Assembly (NCBI GenBank): GCA_030390025.1
Contig: CM059438.1
Coordinates: 62,808,001 to 62,872,000 of the forward strand
Length of the DNA: 64,000 bases
Direction of reading: 5' to 3'
Source: Squalus acanthias
Lineage: Eukaryota
The notes beneath the pieces were generated by a model. That model was not told where the DNA came from and did no database searches. It saw nothing but the letters and a program-made list of their open reading frames with translations. How positions within the stretch are numbered: the first letter of the stretch is position 1; each line of letters starts with the position of its first letter. Below, one piece after another: positions 1 to 12,332 of this stretch. Made by a program: the position numbers and the translations under genes.

Positions 1-142
1 GACCTTTCGTTTCTGACCAACCATCGACCTGAAACGTTAACTCTGTTTCTCTCTCCACAGATGCTGCCTGACCTGCTGAGTGTTTCCAGCATTTTCTGTT
101 TTTATTTCAGATTTCCAGCATCCGCAGTATTCTATTTTTGCT
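1..142 (+). mobile_element. Penelope-like element 3' terminal repeat fragment with degenerate hammerhead
   Basis: Matches the tails at 16236-16320 and 33346-33456 (GACCTGAAACGTTAACTCTGTTTCTCTCTCCACAGATGCTGCC...). Confidence 0.8.
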
Positions 143-241
143 GTGTTGTATATCACGTGATGTAAATTGAGGAATACATCCTACCCTGAAGTTAACCATC
201 TTTCACTTCAGATGGCTGTCTTCAGTTCTGGGACATTGTGT

Positions 242-1240
242 GTCAGCCGTGGCTCAGTGGGTAGCACCCTCGCCTCTGAGTCAGAAGGTTGTGGGTTCAA
301 GTCCCACTCCAGAGACTTGAGCACAAAAATCTAGGCTGACACTCCAGTGTAGTGCTGAGTGAGTGCTGCACTATCTTTTGGTTGAGATGTTAAACCGAGG
401 CCCTGTCTGTCATAGAAATATAGAAGATAGGAGCAGGAGTAGGCCATTCGGCCCCTCGAGCCTGTTCCGCCATTTAATGAGATCATGGCTGATCATCCAA
501 ATTCAGTACCCTGTCCCTGCTTTCACCCCATATCCCTTGGTCCCTTTAGCCTTAAGAAATATATCCAACTCCTTCTTGAATATATTTAATGAATTGGCCT
601 CAACTGCCTTGTGTGGTAGAGAATTCCATGGGTTCACCACTCTCTGGGTGAAGAAATTCCTCCTCATCTCAGTCCTAAATGGCTTACCTCTTATCCTTAG
701 ACTGTGACCCCTGGTTCTGGACTCCCCTGCCATCGGGAACATCCTTCCTGCATCTAGTCTGTCTAGTCCTGTTAGAATTTTATAAGTTTCAATGAGATCC
801 CCTCTCATTCTTCTAAACTCTAGCGAATATAAGCCTAATCGACCCAATCTCTCCTCATACGTCATTCCTGCCATCCCAGGTATCAGTCTGGTGAATCTTC
901 GCTGCACTCTCTCCATGGCAAGAACATCCTTCCTCAGATAAGGTGACCAAAACTGCGCCTCAGGTGGACGTAAAAGATCCCACGGCACTATTTCGAAGAA
1001 GAGCAGGGGAGTTATCCCTGGTGTCCTGGCCAATATTTATCCCTCAATCAACATAACAAAAACAGATTATCAGGTCATTATCACATTGCTGTTTGTGGGA
1101 GTTTGCTGTGTGCAAATTAGCTGCCGCGTTTCCTACATTATAACAGTGACTACACTCCAAAAAGTACTTTATTGGCTGTAAAGCGCTTTGGGACGTCCAG
1201 TGGTTGTGAAAGGCGCTGTAGAAATGCAAGTCTTTTTCTT
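242..1240 (+). mobile_element. tRNA-derived Deu-domain SINE (SacSINE1/AmnSINE-like, family A), split by a CR1 insertion at 411-956
   Basis: A box TGGCTCAGTGG, B box GGTTCAAGTCC, core AAAAGATCCCACGGCACTATTTCGAAGAAGAGCAGGGG, tail AAGGCGCT..AAATGCAAG; many copies in window. Confidence 0.85.
411..956 (-). mobile_element. 5'-truncated CR1 LINE (RT C-terminus and 3' UTR)
   Basis: ORF 503-1033 contains QFWSPYLRKD..ERVQRRFTRLIPG..RRMRGDLIE..RTRGH..FFTQRVV; CR1-type tail. Confidence 0.9.
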
Positions 1241-1851
1241 TATTGTTGCCAATCTAACCAACCACTTGACTTGTAGTCCCTGCATTTTAAATTGGGGATA
1301 TAGAGATGTTAAATGAAAATTGACCAGCACTCTGTGTGGTCACAGCCCTATTTGACAAAGAACCTGGAGTGTTCCCAACTCTACGGGATTAGAATCCAAT
1401 TGAAACCGCCCATGATTACATGCTCAGTCTCCCAGTTCTTCCTGGGACGTTCTTATTACTAAAGCTTTTGCGACACAGAGGTAGTTTGTGACATTTTGTG
1501 GCACTGTGCTCTCATCGGAAGGGTGCTCAGACATGCTGAGATCATCTGCCAGCTCTGCTGTGCTGCAAGTGAGGCTGGATGAAGCAACACCTCTTGTGCT
1601 AAATTTAATTTGACTATCTTAAACCACTGTAGCAATGGACCTGACCTTCAGTTTAGAAGTGCAGCTGAATAACATTTACAGTATTCTTTATGGATAACCC
1701 TTTGGACCTCAGTGTGTGGAGATTGAATAATTCAAAGCTTCCTACATTTTAAAAGGCAAGATACGTTTTGGTACTGCAGGCAACAGGAATATAGGAACAG
1801 GAGTAGGCCATTCACCCCCTCGAGCCTACTCCACCATTCAACTTTGTCCCC

Positions 1852-1950
1852 ACTCCCCACAAGCAAGGAATTTATGCTAAATCTTTATAAATCACTGGTT
1901 TACTCCCCACAAGCAAAGAATTTATGCTAAATCTTTATAAATCACTGGTT
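1852..1950 (+). repeat. Local tandem duplication, period 50 bp
   Basis: ACTCCCCACAAGCAA(G/A)GAATTTATGCTAAATCTTTATAAATCACTGGTT occurs twice. Confidence 0.95.
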
Positions 1951-3860
1951 TGACCTTCGCTATTCTGGGCACCACACTTCAGAAAGGATGGCAAGGTCTT
2001 GGCGAGGGTGCAGAGGAGATTTGCTCGAATGGTACCAGCGATGAGGAACTTCAGTTGTGTGGAGAGATTAGAGAAGCTGGGATTGTTTTCCTTGGAGCAG
2101 AGGAGGTTCAGGGGAGATTTAATAGAGTCAGAGTCATAGAGTTATACAGCACAGAAAGAGGCCCTTCAGCCTATCGTGTCCGCGCCGGCCATCAAGCCCT
2201 GTCTATTCTAATCCCATTTTCCAGCACTTGGTCCGTAGCCTTGTATGCTATGGCGTTTCAAGTGCTCATCTAAATGCTTCTTGAATGTTGTGAGGGTTCC
2301 TGCCTCTACCACCCTTTCAGGCAGTGAGTTCCAGATTCCAACCACCCTCTGGGTGAAAAAGTTTTTCTCAAATCCCCTCTAAACCTCCTGCCCCTTACCT
2401 TGAAACTATGCCCCCTGGCTATTGACCCCTCTACTAAGGGGAAAAGTTCCTTTCTATCTACCCTATCTATGCCCCTCATAATTTTATACACCTCAATCAG
2501 GTCCCCCCTCAGCCTTCTCTGCTCTAAGGAAAACAACCCCAGCCTGTCCAGTCTCTCTTCATAGCTGAAGCGCTGCAGCCCAGGTAACATCCTGGTGAAT
2601 CTCCTCTGCACCCTCTCCAATGCAATCACATCCTTCCTATAGTGTGGCGACCACAACTGCACACAGTATTCCAGCTGTGACCTAACTAGTGTTTTGTACA
2701 GCTCCATCATAACCTCCCTGCTCTTATATTCTATGCCTCGGCTAATGAAGGCAAGTATCCCATATGCCTTTTTAACCACCTTTTCTACCTGTCCTGCTGC
2801 CTTCAGGGATCTATGTACATGCACACCAAGGTCCCTCTGTATCTCTGTCCTTCCTAGGGTCCTACCATTCATTGTGTATTCCCTTGCCTTGTTAGTCCTC
2901 CCAAAATGCATCACCTCACACTTTTCAGGGTTAAATTCCATTTGCCACTGTTCTGCCCATCTGACCAACCCGTCTCTATCGTCCTGTAGCCTGAGGCTTC
3001 CCTCCTCGCTATTTACCACTCCACCAATTTTCATGTCATCTGCGAACTTACTGATCATACCTCCTACATTCTTATCTAAATCATTCATGTACACTACAAA
3101 CAGCAAAGGACCCAGCACCGATCCCTGCGGTTCACCACTGGACACAGGCTTCCAGTCACAAAAACAACCTTCGGCCATCACCCTCTGCCTCCTAAGCCAA
3201 TTTTGGATCCAATGTGCCAAGTTGCCCTGGATCCCATGGGCTCTTACCTTCTTGACCAGTCTCCCATGCGGGACTTTGTCAAAAGCCTTACTGAAGTCCA
3301 TGTAGACCACATCAACTGCACTACCCTCATCCACACACCTAGTCACCCACTCGAAAAAGTCAATCAAATTGGTCAGATATGATCTCCCCCTGACAAAGCC
3401 ATGCTGACTATCCTTGATTAATCCTTGCCTCTCCAAGTGGAGACTAATTCTGTCCCTCAGAATTTTTTCCAATCATTTCCCTACCACTGATGTTAGGCTC
3501 ACTGGCCTGTAATTCCCTGGTTTATCCCTACTACCCTTCTTGAATAGAGGCATTCAAAATCATGCTTCCACTGGCAGAAGGGTCAGTAACCAGAGGACAC
3601 AGATTTAAGGTAATTGGCAAAAGAACTAGAGGTGAGATGAGAGTTTTTTTTACACAGCAAGTTATGATCTGGAATGCACTGCCTGAAAGGGTGGTGGAAC
3701 CAGTTTCAATAGTAACTTTCAAAAGGCAAATGGATAAATACTTGAAGGGGAGAAATTTGCAGGGCTGTGCGGAAAGAGCAGGGGAGTGGGACGAATTGGA
3801 TCGCTCTTTCAAAGAGCCAGAACAGGCACGAATGGCTGTCTTCTGTGCTGTATGATTCTA
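1861..3860 (+). mobile_element. Older CR1 3' fragment, interrupted by a younger antisense CR1 at about 2128-3550
   Basis: Degenerate RT C-terminal coding at 1861-2127 resumes at 3543 and runs to a CR1 tail near 3860. Confidence 0.75.
2128..3550 (-). mobile_element. 5'-truncated CR1 LINE with reverse transcriptase
   Basis: ORF 2306-3472 has QHGF, YMDFSKAFDKVPH, PQGSVLGPLLF and FADD; (CTATGACT)n tail. Confidence 0.95.
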
Positions 3861-4214
3861 TAATTTGAATAGCGAAGTCTTGCTTCTTCCCCTTGTTTGA
3901 TTAAACTACTTCACTCAGCTGTGTAGCACGGGACACAGTTTAAGTACCACCTGGCCTTGCGTCACGATCATTTGAAGCTGGCCTTATAATGAAGTATTTC
4001 CTACAGCTTAGATTAGGCGCACGCTTATCTGGGGCTGGTTTATTAGTTACAATTTAGAAAGAACTGGCACATTCTCAATGAGTCGTTTGAGCGAGTTATC
4101 TATTACTATTCAAAGCTTGCCAAAGCTGCCAACTGAAAGGAGCAAATGGTTGTTACATGTTGGAGAATTGTTTCTCAGCTCAGATCTATGGGGCATCTCC
4201 ATCGGGCTTGCTAC

Positions 4215-4360
4215 TGAATTGGAGATCTACTTCAAAAGGAAACATTTGCAGGGCTATGGGGAAAGAACAGGGGAGTGGTAATTGGTAGCTCTTTCAGAGA
4301 GCTGGCACAGGTACGATGGGTGAATGGCCTCCTTCTCTGCTGTGTGATTCTGTAATTCTG
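4215..4360 (+). mobile_element. CR1 3' tail fragment
   Basis: Resembles other CR1 tails (GGGCTATGGGGAAAGAACAGGGGAGTGG..GAATGGCCTCCTTCT..GATTCT). Confidence 0.7.
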
Positions 4361-4879
4361 CGGACAGTCGAGATTCAGTACGAACACTGGATGCCTCATA
4401 GCAGAGAGGAGATAAGAATATGGCACAAATCCGATCGTGAATCTTGAAGTTGGATGTCTCTGTTCGTGTGATACATTGGGGTTGAGGTGTGTGCAGGTGT
4501 TCTGTAGTCTTGGTGAACATTTATGTTGCCTCTGGCTTGATTTCTGCCTGAAAAGGTTTCATTGTGATTTGGTTTTCTTCTTCTTCTCTTCAGTAGCTCG
4601 TGCAAGGGTATGGTTTGACCGTACGTTTTCCTCGACTGATTTCCAACTCGTCTGTCATCCTTGCCACAGTTGTTGTGGTTCACTTCCTATTCCCCTCCCC
4701 CCGTTTTCTCCCCTCCTGAAGGTGCTGGTTGTTGGGCTGTCTGTCTGTGAGTGATGATGGATCTCCAGTACTTTTATGAAGTGTCCATTCTTCGGGTAGT
4801 ATATTTACTCACTGAGCCACTGGGGAAGGATGGTTCACTCTCACCAGAATTGTAGATTAATGGATACTCTGTCACAATT

Positions 4880-5410
4880 TAGAAGAATCACAGAGGCTTA
4901 CGATTCAGAAGCAGGCCACTGTGCACTGTTCTTTTGCTAGAGCAATCTCACAGCCTCGCTCTCTTCCCGATAGCTCGGTATCATCTTCTGCTTCAAGTGT
5001 TTACTTACTCTTCCCATTTAAAAAATGGAGTGATCTCCACCTCAACCACTCTTTGTGATTTATCATTCCATTTCTGCAATAACCCTGCAGATAGACATTT
5101 CTGCTAACCTCTGTCCTCACTTTGTGGCAATTTTAAATTGAAGATCCTTCGCCACTGACTTCCCCAACCAGAGGGAATAGCCTTTCGCCCTGTCAAAGCC
5201 CTTCATAGTTTTACAAAATCTCTTCTTGGCCCCTCTGTTTCAGTGGCAGAAAATATCCCAGTATTTCAAGTCTCTCCTCCTAACTGTAGCTTCTCACTCC
5301 TGGTATCATCCTGGTGCATCTATGCTGTGCACTCTTTATGGCTTTAATCTTTCCATAATGGAATGCCCAAAACTGCGCACAGTAGTCAAAATGAGGCCCA
5401 ACTATTTAAT
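4880..5410 (-). mobile_element. Highly decayed CR1 3' fragment
   Basis: Patchy similarity to antisense CR1 3' ends elsewhere in window. Confidence 0.5.
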
Positions 5411-5540
5411 ACCTTGTGCATCTATTGGTGCGCGCTGTTCTTAAATGCTTTCTCTCCAGACTTATGATTAAGCTGTTTTTGCGCTCGCTCTTTTTCCATT
5501 CCTCGTCCAATGAGAGACCTGCTCTCAGGGGCCCCTACCA

Positions 5541-5973
5541 AAAGAAAAGAAAGAACTTGCATTTATATCGCGCTTCTCATGACCTCAACAACGTCCCAAA
5601 GTTCTTTACAGCCAATGAAGTACTTTTTGAAGTGTCACTGTTGTAAGGTAGGGAACACGGCAGCTAATTTGTGCACAGCAAGGTTCCACAAGCAGCAATA
5701 AGATAATGGCCAGATAATCTGTTGGTTGAGGGATAAATATTTTACAGGACACCGGAGAGAACGCCCGCCCGCCCCTGCTCTTCCTCAAATAGTGCCACGG
5801 GATCTTTTACATCTACCTGAGTGGGCAGACTTGGTTTAACGTCTCATCCGAACTCCCTCCTCACTGCACTGGATTGTCAGCCTGCGTTATGTGCTCAAGC
5901 CTCTGGAGTGGGACTTAAACCCATGGCCTTCTGACTCAGACACAGGAGTGCTACCAACTGAGCCACGGCTGAC
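5541..5973 (-). mobile_element. Deu-domain SINE, family A
   Basis: Reverse complement of the head, core and tail of the 242-1240 family. Confidence 0.85.
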
Positions 5974-6090
5974 CCTTATCAGCTGTTTACCAACAGCAGA
6001 TTTGTGTACCCAAAAGCACGGTGCTTTGTGGCTTTTGGGAGGTGAGAGTGTTGCTGGGTGTGTGTTCACTGTTTTCACAAAAGAGTGACT

Positions 6091-7110
6091 GGGGTGATTT
6101 ATCTCTTTCCCGCCCCGCCCTGACTCTTTAGGTGCTGAAGGGCCTTTGAGGTGGTCAAGATAGGGTCTTGAGCTGAAATGACTGTTTAGCCTGTGTTTAG
6201 AGCAAGACGCCATCTTGGTAAAGGAGTTGAAACGTTTACGAGAAACCGCTGCCCGGAGGATAGTTAAGGGGCTGATTACTACTTAAATTGCTTGCTAGCG
6301 CTCATTAAGGAGGCTGCATGGCATTTTGGTGGCTAGCACTTGAACTAAAGCCCTCTCATAACAGTGACCAGCTGATTGGGAGTAAACAAGTCGTTGCAGA
6401 GGATTTTGAGCTCTACTTAAAGGCATGTCACCTTTTACTGTTCACTTGTTGCTGGAGGTTTGAAGAGGACTTTTGAAACACATCGGGAGACTTTTGGGAC
6501 ATTTTGTCAAGACTTCACCAACATTCTTATCAACATTTATTCTGGAAAATCTCTGAAGATTGAGTGCTGTGCTACTGCACCTTTATAGGAGTCACCAGGA
6601 GAAAGGGAGTGCTTGGTCACTGGCATCTTCCAAGGGTCCCCCTTGGTCTCCGCGAGGAATGGGAGGAGGACATGAGGCCAGGCAGAGCAGCACCAGCTGC
6701 TGCAGAGATGAACAGGAGGGCGAGGTGGACTCCTTCCCCCCCGCCCCCCACTTTGCGGGTACAGGACATCCCTCCACCACCAGGACCCCCAGTACCGCGT
6801 CCGAGAACCTGTGCGCCCTCTCGCTCGGTTCCTGAAACGTGCCGCTGTGTGCCAGCCAGCCCACTCCACACCCACAGTGGAAGTGGGTGCGAGGAGCCCA
6901 CATACTCTGCTCCAAGGAAATTGTGTCTAATCAGCGTTCGAGTGCTAAGCCTCCAGGTGTCTGTTTTAGCGCCTCCAGGCAAGTTCAAATTATGGTAATC
7001 AGTAGTTGGGATCAAAATCGCGTGCTAAAACCAGACTTTCAAACAGGGGCATCTTATTAGCACTGCACCCATTTAGCGCCTGTTTTCACCCTTTCACCAA
7101 AGTAACCCCC
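6091..7110. mobile_element. Putative non-autonomous Harbinger-type DNA transposon
   Basis: Imperfect termini GGGGTGATTT / AAAGTAACCCCC, subterminal GCGCC-type motifs, GC-rich interior. Confidence 0.4.
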
Positions 7111-7599
7111 CACAATTTTTTAAATTGCTCATTTCCTGTCTGCAGGTGTCTGGATGTGTAACAGTATGGTTTAGATCAGATACTGGCCACTGGGAGCAAA
7201 TTGTGGGGCGACGCTCCGGCGCTCCCAGTCTGTGCCACAGCCTGCCGAAGCACAGCAGCTCCTTATTAAATCAGTTTTGCTTCTGCTTTGACATATTGAC
7301 AGTGACAAATGCTTGCAGTGCGAAACAGTGCTGCAGTGTTACAACTGCACCTCGGGAGAAGGGGTGCCAGGGGTTGGCGGGGGGTGGGGCGGGGGGGGGG
7401 GAGGAGTTGCATGGGGTCCGGTAAACTATTAGTTGTCTGATGTCCCCCAGTGCGGTCATTTGTTCCCTTGACGAGGATACAAAGAAGGAAAATTTGGTTA
7501 AACTGCACCAGCAGACAACAGCTAACCCTGGGCCAAAGACATTGCAGTATTTTCTGGCACAGACAGTGCGACCCAAATAGAATGAGACAGCAAAGGAGG

Positions 7600-8290
7600 C
7601 CTATCGTGCCTGTGCCGAATGTCCTCCTCCTTGTGGCTTTTCAGACTGTGTGGGGGCGGAGGGGCAAGATCGTGGTCGGTGGGGGGAGGGTGAGATCAAG
7701 GGGGGGGATTGCAGGGGGAGTTGGTGATCACGCGGGTGGAGATTGGGGTTGGACAGATTGGGCGGGGGGCATTGCGGTGCGGAGATGGTCGGGGGTGGGT
7801 TCCCGTGCAGGATCTGGGGGGGGGCCGGACAGATCACTGGGGTGTTTACAGATTTGCTTGTTGGTCCTGCTCCTGCACCTCCTGGCCCATCAGCAGTGCT
7901 GTAAAAGCGCATGGCTGATGGATCCAGCCCTTCTAGCCTCCTTTTACCCTGCCGGGTTTCCCGAAGCCCGGGAATCCCGGCTGACTGTGGTTTAAAAATA
8001 GAAATCTTGTCAAAATGGAGGCACGCACCCTCCTTGAACGGTTTTACCGACTGACCCGCCTCCTGAGAGCGTATTGGTTGCCCACCTCCAATGTTCCCTG
8101 TAAGCTAGCGCTCCAAGGGTCCCGTGCAACCAGCCTGCTGGCTTTTAAATAGAAAAACCATGCGTGTGTGGCATTTTGAATGGGTCGTGCAGCCCGGGCC
8201 AAAGAAAATTACAGGGAACATTGCCCTCCTCTCGTCCTATATTAAACCCCCTTTGGGTATTAATCCAAGGAGCGGGATTTAGATCCCCTT
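7600..8290. mobile_element. GC/G-run-rich repeat, probably a MITE remnant; hosts a hAT MITE
   Basis: CpG-rich with G-tract arrays (7650-7830), unlike its flanks; termini not resolved. Confidence 0.3.
8089..8223. mobile_element. hAT-type MITE, 135 bp
   Basis: Perfect 15-bp TIR CAATGTTCCCTGTAA / TTACAGGGAACATTG; 8-bp TSD CCCACCTC / CCCTCCTC. Confidence 0.85.
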
Positions 8291-9059
8291 AAATCTGTCT
8301 CCAACAGCTCCAACTCTTTGTAAACTAATTTCTTGAATGATGTTTATAATATGACATGGGAGGTGCTGGGGGGAGGTGAGGGGGTGGGGGGAGGTGTCAG
8401 GGAAAATTCCCATTTCTTTGTTGCAGCTCATGATGGTTGAAGGTTTAAAGTTGCAGTATTGCTACACCTGAGGCTTCTTGAGCAGGCCTGATGTAGTTTT
8501 TGCATCTTTGGCGAATCTAAAAAAAAAATCATCACAGTAATTGGAAATTTTTTTTTTTAAACTTGCGCGCACATTGCATTTGTTAAAATTGCAGTTGTTC
8601 TCTTCAAGCTGTCGTCTATTTCGAACAGTCGACTCCTCTTCATAACTGGGATGTAGATTTCCCTTTTTAAATACAACTGATTGGGACATCCCGACATACA
8701 CCTGTGGGCAGCAGCAGCTGTAGATGGCTGTGTAAAAAAGTCTCTGGTGTGTTTCGGGTCAAGTGTGATCATGTGAGGCTGAGTGAAAGCGAAACAAGGA
8801 TGGATGGGGTCAGATACGTAATGCGCTTGCTTATACAGAGGGCGTAGCCTTTGCATAAACTCTATTATTTGCGTATCATGAAAAATATTCAAACCGTTTC
8901 TCAAGATGATGTGCTTGATACTGCATTTTCTGTAGATTGCAGCATTGGAGGGGCTACCTGTTATCGAACAAATAAAATGAATCCCAGAGTCTTCCTTGCC
9001 CTTCAGTCGGAATCTGAGGTGACATCAGCCATGTTTGATTTGTGTGCGCCATTGAATCG

Positions 9060-9535
9060 TATTGACAGCACAGAAACAGGCTATTTGGCCCAACTGGTCT
9101 GTGCCGGTGTTTATGCTCCACACGAGCCTCCTCCCACCCTATCAGCATAACCTTCTGTTCCTTTCTCCCTCATGTGTTTATCTAGCTTCCCCTTAAATGT
9201 ATCTATGCTATTTGCCTCAACCACTCCCTGTGGTAGCCAGTTCCACATTCTAACCACTCTCCGGGGAAAGAAGTTTCTCCTGAATTCCCTATTGGATTTA
9301 TTAGTGACTATCTTCTACTTATGGCCCCTAGTTCTGGTCTTGCCTGCAAGTGGAAACATCTTCTCTACCTCTACCCTATCAAACCCTTTCATAATCTTAA
9401 ATACCTCCATCAGGTCACCCCTCAGCCTTCTCTTTCGAGAAAAAAGAGCCCCAGCCCGTTCAATCTTTCCTGATGGCTATAACTTCTTCGTTCTGGCATT
9501 ATTCTAGTGAATCTTTTTTGCACTTTCTCCAGTGT
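9060..9535 (-). mobile_element. CR1 3' fragment
   Basis: Minus strand encodes LEKVQKRFTRIMP..ERLNGLGLF; same family as 19185-19600 and 62425-62865. Confidence 0.85.
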
Positions 9536-9980
9536 TGAACAGCCTTCCTTAATTTGTTTGTTTTCCATAGGGCCATTCAGCGTTAGGCCAGGCCGGGGTC
9601 GGGCGTGGTTCAGGCCGGGGTCAGGCGTGGGCCGGGCCGGGGTCACTGTGGCGCCTTATGTTGATGAAGCGTTCTGGTCACAGGTCTTCCAGCATGCAGC
9701 GTTCCCATCACAATTAAATAGAATGAGCTTGTTTCCTTATATGACTTTTTTTCCTCCCGTTTGAGGAAGTATGTTGCTGCCTATGTGCATCAATGCTTTG
9801 AACCGCTGCCAGTGCTAACTTTTGGCAGTCTGCTGGGTAAGCACAAACTCTGTCTGATACAGTTTGCAAGATGTCTTCGTGCCCCCTCTGATCGCGCACT
9901 TGCCAAAGATTCCTCCATGAATCTGAGTGCGTTTACTTAGAGCATATTTTCCAAAAATATATCTACTTTTTAAATGAGTA

Positions 9981-10332
9981 CAGGAAACTCTCGTTTAAAC
10001 GGCACCTAAATATCCGGAATGCTCTAATAACTGGCAGAATTCATACGCAGAAAACTACAGTATACAGTTTATAAGTTTTGTTTTACTGTTAAGTAATGAA
10101 AGAGTTATGGATTACCCTCAACTGGCATTACTGTACTTAATCAAGCATCTTCCACCATCCATTTAACACAACATTCTGTAGGGGAGTACCCAATTACACT
10201 GCACATTTCTTGACTTTTTTATTTTTGTTTGTTAAAAATAGCCTCGGTAGATATACCTCTCCGTTATCCGGAATTTTTAATCAACCGGCACCATCCCGGT
10301 CCCGTCGGTGCCGGATACCAAAGAGTTTCCTG
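9981..10332. mobile_element. Tc1/mariner (Tigger/pogo-like) MITE
   Basis: TA|CAGGAAACTCT...AGAGTTTCCTG|TA; related copy at 46829-47073. Confidence 0.85.
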
Positions 10333-10439
10333 TATATTGTACTCTCCATTCTAGTGGAGAATGTTATTCTACATCCCTCTCCGTTGTCCTTGTGGCTGCT
10401 CTGAGCTTGGTTTGCCATTTTAGTGCCAAATTATGGGCA

Positions 10440-10830
10440 GCTTTGTGCTGCTGGCCTACAGCTCATGACCAACTGGGCTGAGACCATCGAACCTCATTGA
10501 ATGCGGTCAGCAAATAAAGGAAAATTACTCTTCCCGAGGTGATCTCTGCCCCTGCCAGAAACAGGTGTAGCCCTCGCCTGAAGGAATTCAGCGAATTGGC
10601 GTCCACCGCACGAGACGGCAGCCTGTTACAGAAAAGAACCACCTCCTGACATGGAAGCGAGATCGGGACTTCCATAACTTTAAATTGTGACCCGTGGCCT
10701 CTCCCTGACCTATTTAGTTGGAACAAACGGGTCTACTCGGACACCGTCGATTCCCTTCAACATCTTATAAACCTTGATCAAATCACCCCTAAGTCTGCGC
10801 TTCTCTAAAGTGTAGAATCCCAGCTCTTTT
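10440..10830 (-). mobile_element. Old CR1-like 3' fragment
   Basis: Minus strand reads like RGH..FK..V..NRLPSRAVDANSLNSFRRGL. Confidence 0.6.
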
Positions 10831-11425
10831 AGACGTCAGAAAGCTGGTGCCATCTAACTGCTACATCCTGATTTGTGTTGTCTTTGATCCTACTCTTTGA
10901 TCTTGGTGGTGTCATGCACTCTCTGCCTTGGATCTTCATTTCTCAATCAGAAAGGTTCTGGAATATTAAAGGAGGTACGAAACGACAGGAGAATGGGATA
11001 AGTCTCGGTGGTTGGTTTGGAGAAAAACACGAGTGCAGACTGGATGGGCCAAAGGACCTATTTATGAGCTGTAACATTCACTGAGTGAACCCGCGTTCAG
11101 TACAAGCAATCAAATCCAACTTTCATACAACTGCTAATGGTGGCGAGTGGAGTTGGGGCACAGGAAGGCAATTTATAGAGATGGATAAACTCAAGTTGTT
11201 TGTCCCTATGAACCAATACAAAGCATAGTATGGATCCCAGTAGTCATGGTTCACTATAGAAGTGGCTGGACTGAGCATCCTAATGCATTTAAGTGAGCTC
11301 CTGCACTGTACTTAAAGTAACAACTGATCATCTGACTTTGTGTGGTGCTGAATTCTGATGAGTCTATTGTTGAATCAGTTGTATATTTTAAATTTTATCT
11401 GAATTGTTACATTGAATTTTAAAAA

Positions 11426-12088
11426 TTCATTCATGGGATCTGGGTGTCGCTGGCAAGGCCAGCATTTATTGCTCATCCCTAATTGCCCTTGAGAAGGTGG
11501 TGGTGAGCCGCCGCCTTGAACCGCTGCAGTCCGTGTGGTGAAGGTACTCCCACAGTGCTGTTAGGGAGGGAGTTCCAGGATTTTGACCAGTCGACGATGA
11601 AGGAATGACGATATATTTCCAAGTCAGGATGGTGTGTGACTTGGAGGGGAACTTGGAGGTGATGGTGTTCCCATGCGTCTGCTGCCCTTGTCCTTCTAGG
11701 TGGAAGAGGTCGCGGGTTTGGGAGGTGCTGCCGAAGAAGCCTTGGCGAGTTGCTGCAGTGCATCTTGTAGATGGTACACACTGCAGCCACGGTACGCCAG
11801 TGGTGGAGGGAGTGAATGTTTAAGGTGGTGGATGGGGTGCCAATCAAGCGGGCTGCTTTGTCCTGGATGGTACTGAGCTTCTTGAGTGTTGTTGGAGCTG
11901 CACTCATCCAGGCAAGTGGAGAGTATTCCATCACACTCCTGACTTATGCCTTGTAGATGGTGGAAAGGCTTTGGGGAGTCAGGAGGTGAGTTAATCGCCG
12001 CAGAATACGCAGCCTGCGACCTGCTCTTGTAGCCATAGTATTTATGTGGCTGGTCCAGTTGAATTTCTGCTCAGTGGTGACCTCCAGG
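11426..12088 (-). mobile_element. CR1/L2-group LINE family B, 3' fragment
   Basis: ORF 11479-11934 (MEYSPLAWMSAAPTTLKKLSTIQDKAARLI..WNSLP); tail GCAATTAGGGATG..AATAAATGCTGGCCTTGCCAGCGAC. Confidence 0.85.
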
Positions 12089-12332
12089 GTTTACAGCACA
12101 AACAGACCATTAGGTCCCATCAGGTTTATGCCAGTGTTTATGCTTTACACAAGCCACCTCCCATCCCTCTTCATTCCTTTCTCCCTCATGTACTTAGCTA
12201 GCTTCCCCTTAAAGACATCTATGCTATTCGCCTCAACCACTCCCTGTAGTAGCGAGTTCCACATTCTCACCACTCTCTGAAGTTTCTCCTGAATTCCTTA
12301 TTGAATTTATTAGTGACTATCTTATATTTATG

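Noticed and set aside
242..315. tRNA gene
   Set aside because: A and B boxes are present, but there is no complete acceptor stem and the sequence continues into a multicopy SINE body; the same applies to the other SINE heads
2694..3305. 203-aa plus-strand ORF and similar ORFs (363-707, 31082-31426, 37576-37947, 15045-15404)
   Set aside because: Antisense shadows of LINE or Penelope coding sequence
7125..7424. Possible host exon after TTTCCTGTCTGCAG (7145)
   Set aside because: Acceptor-like site only; no convincing donor and no recognisable peptide
9571..9764. Acceptor-like site followed by GGCCGGGGTC repeats and an ORF
   Set aside because: A short GC-rich tandem repeat with no recognisable protein and no clear donor
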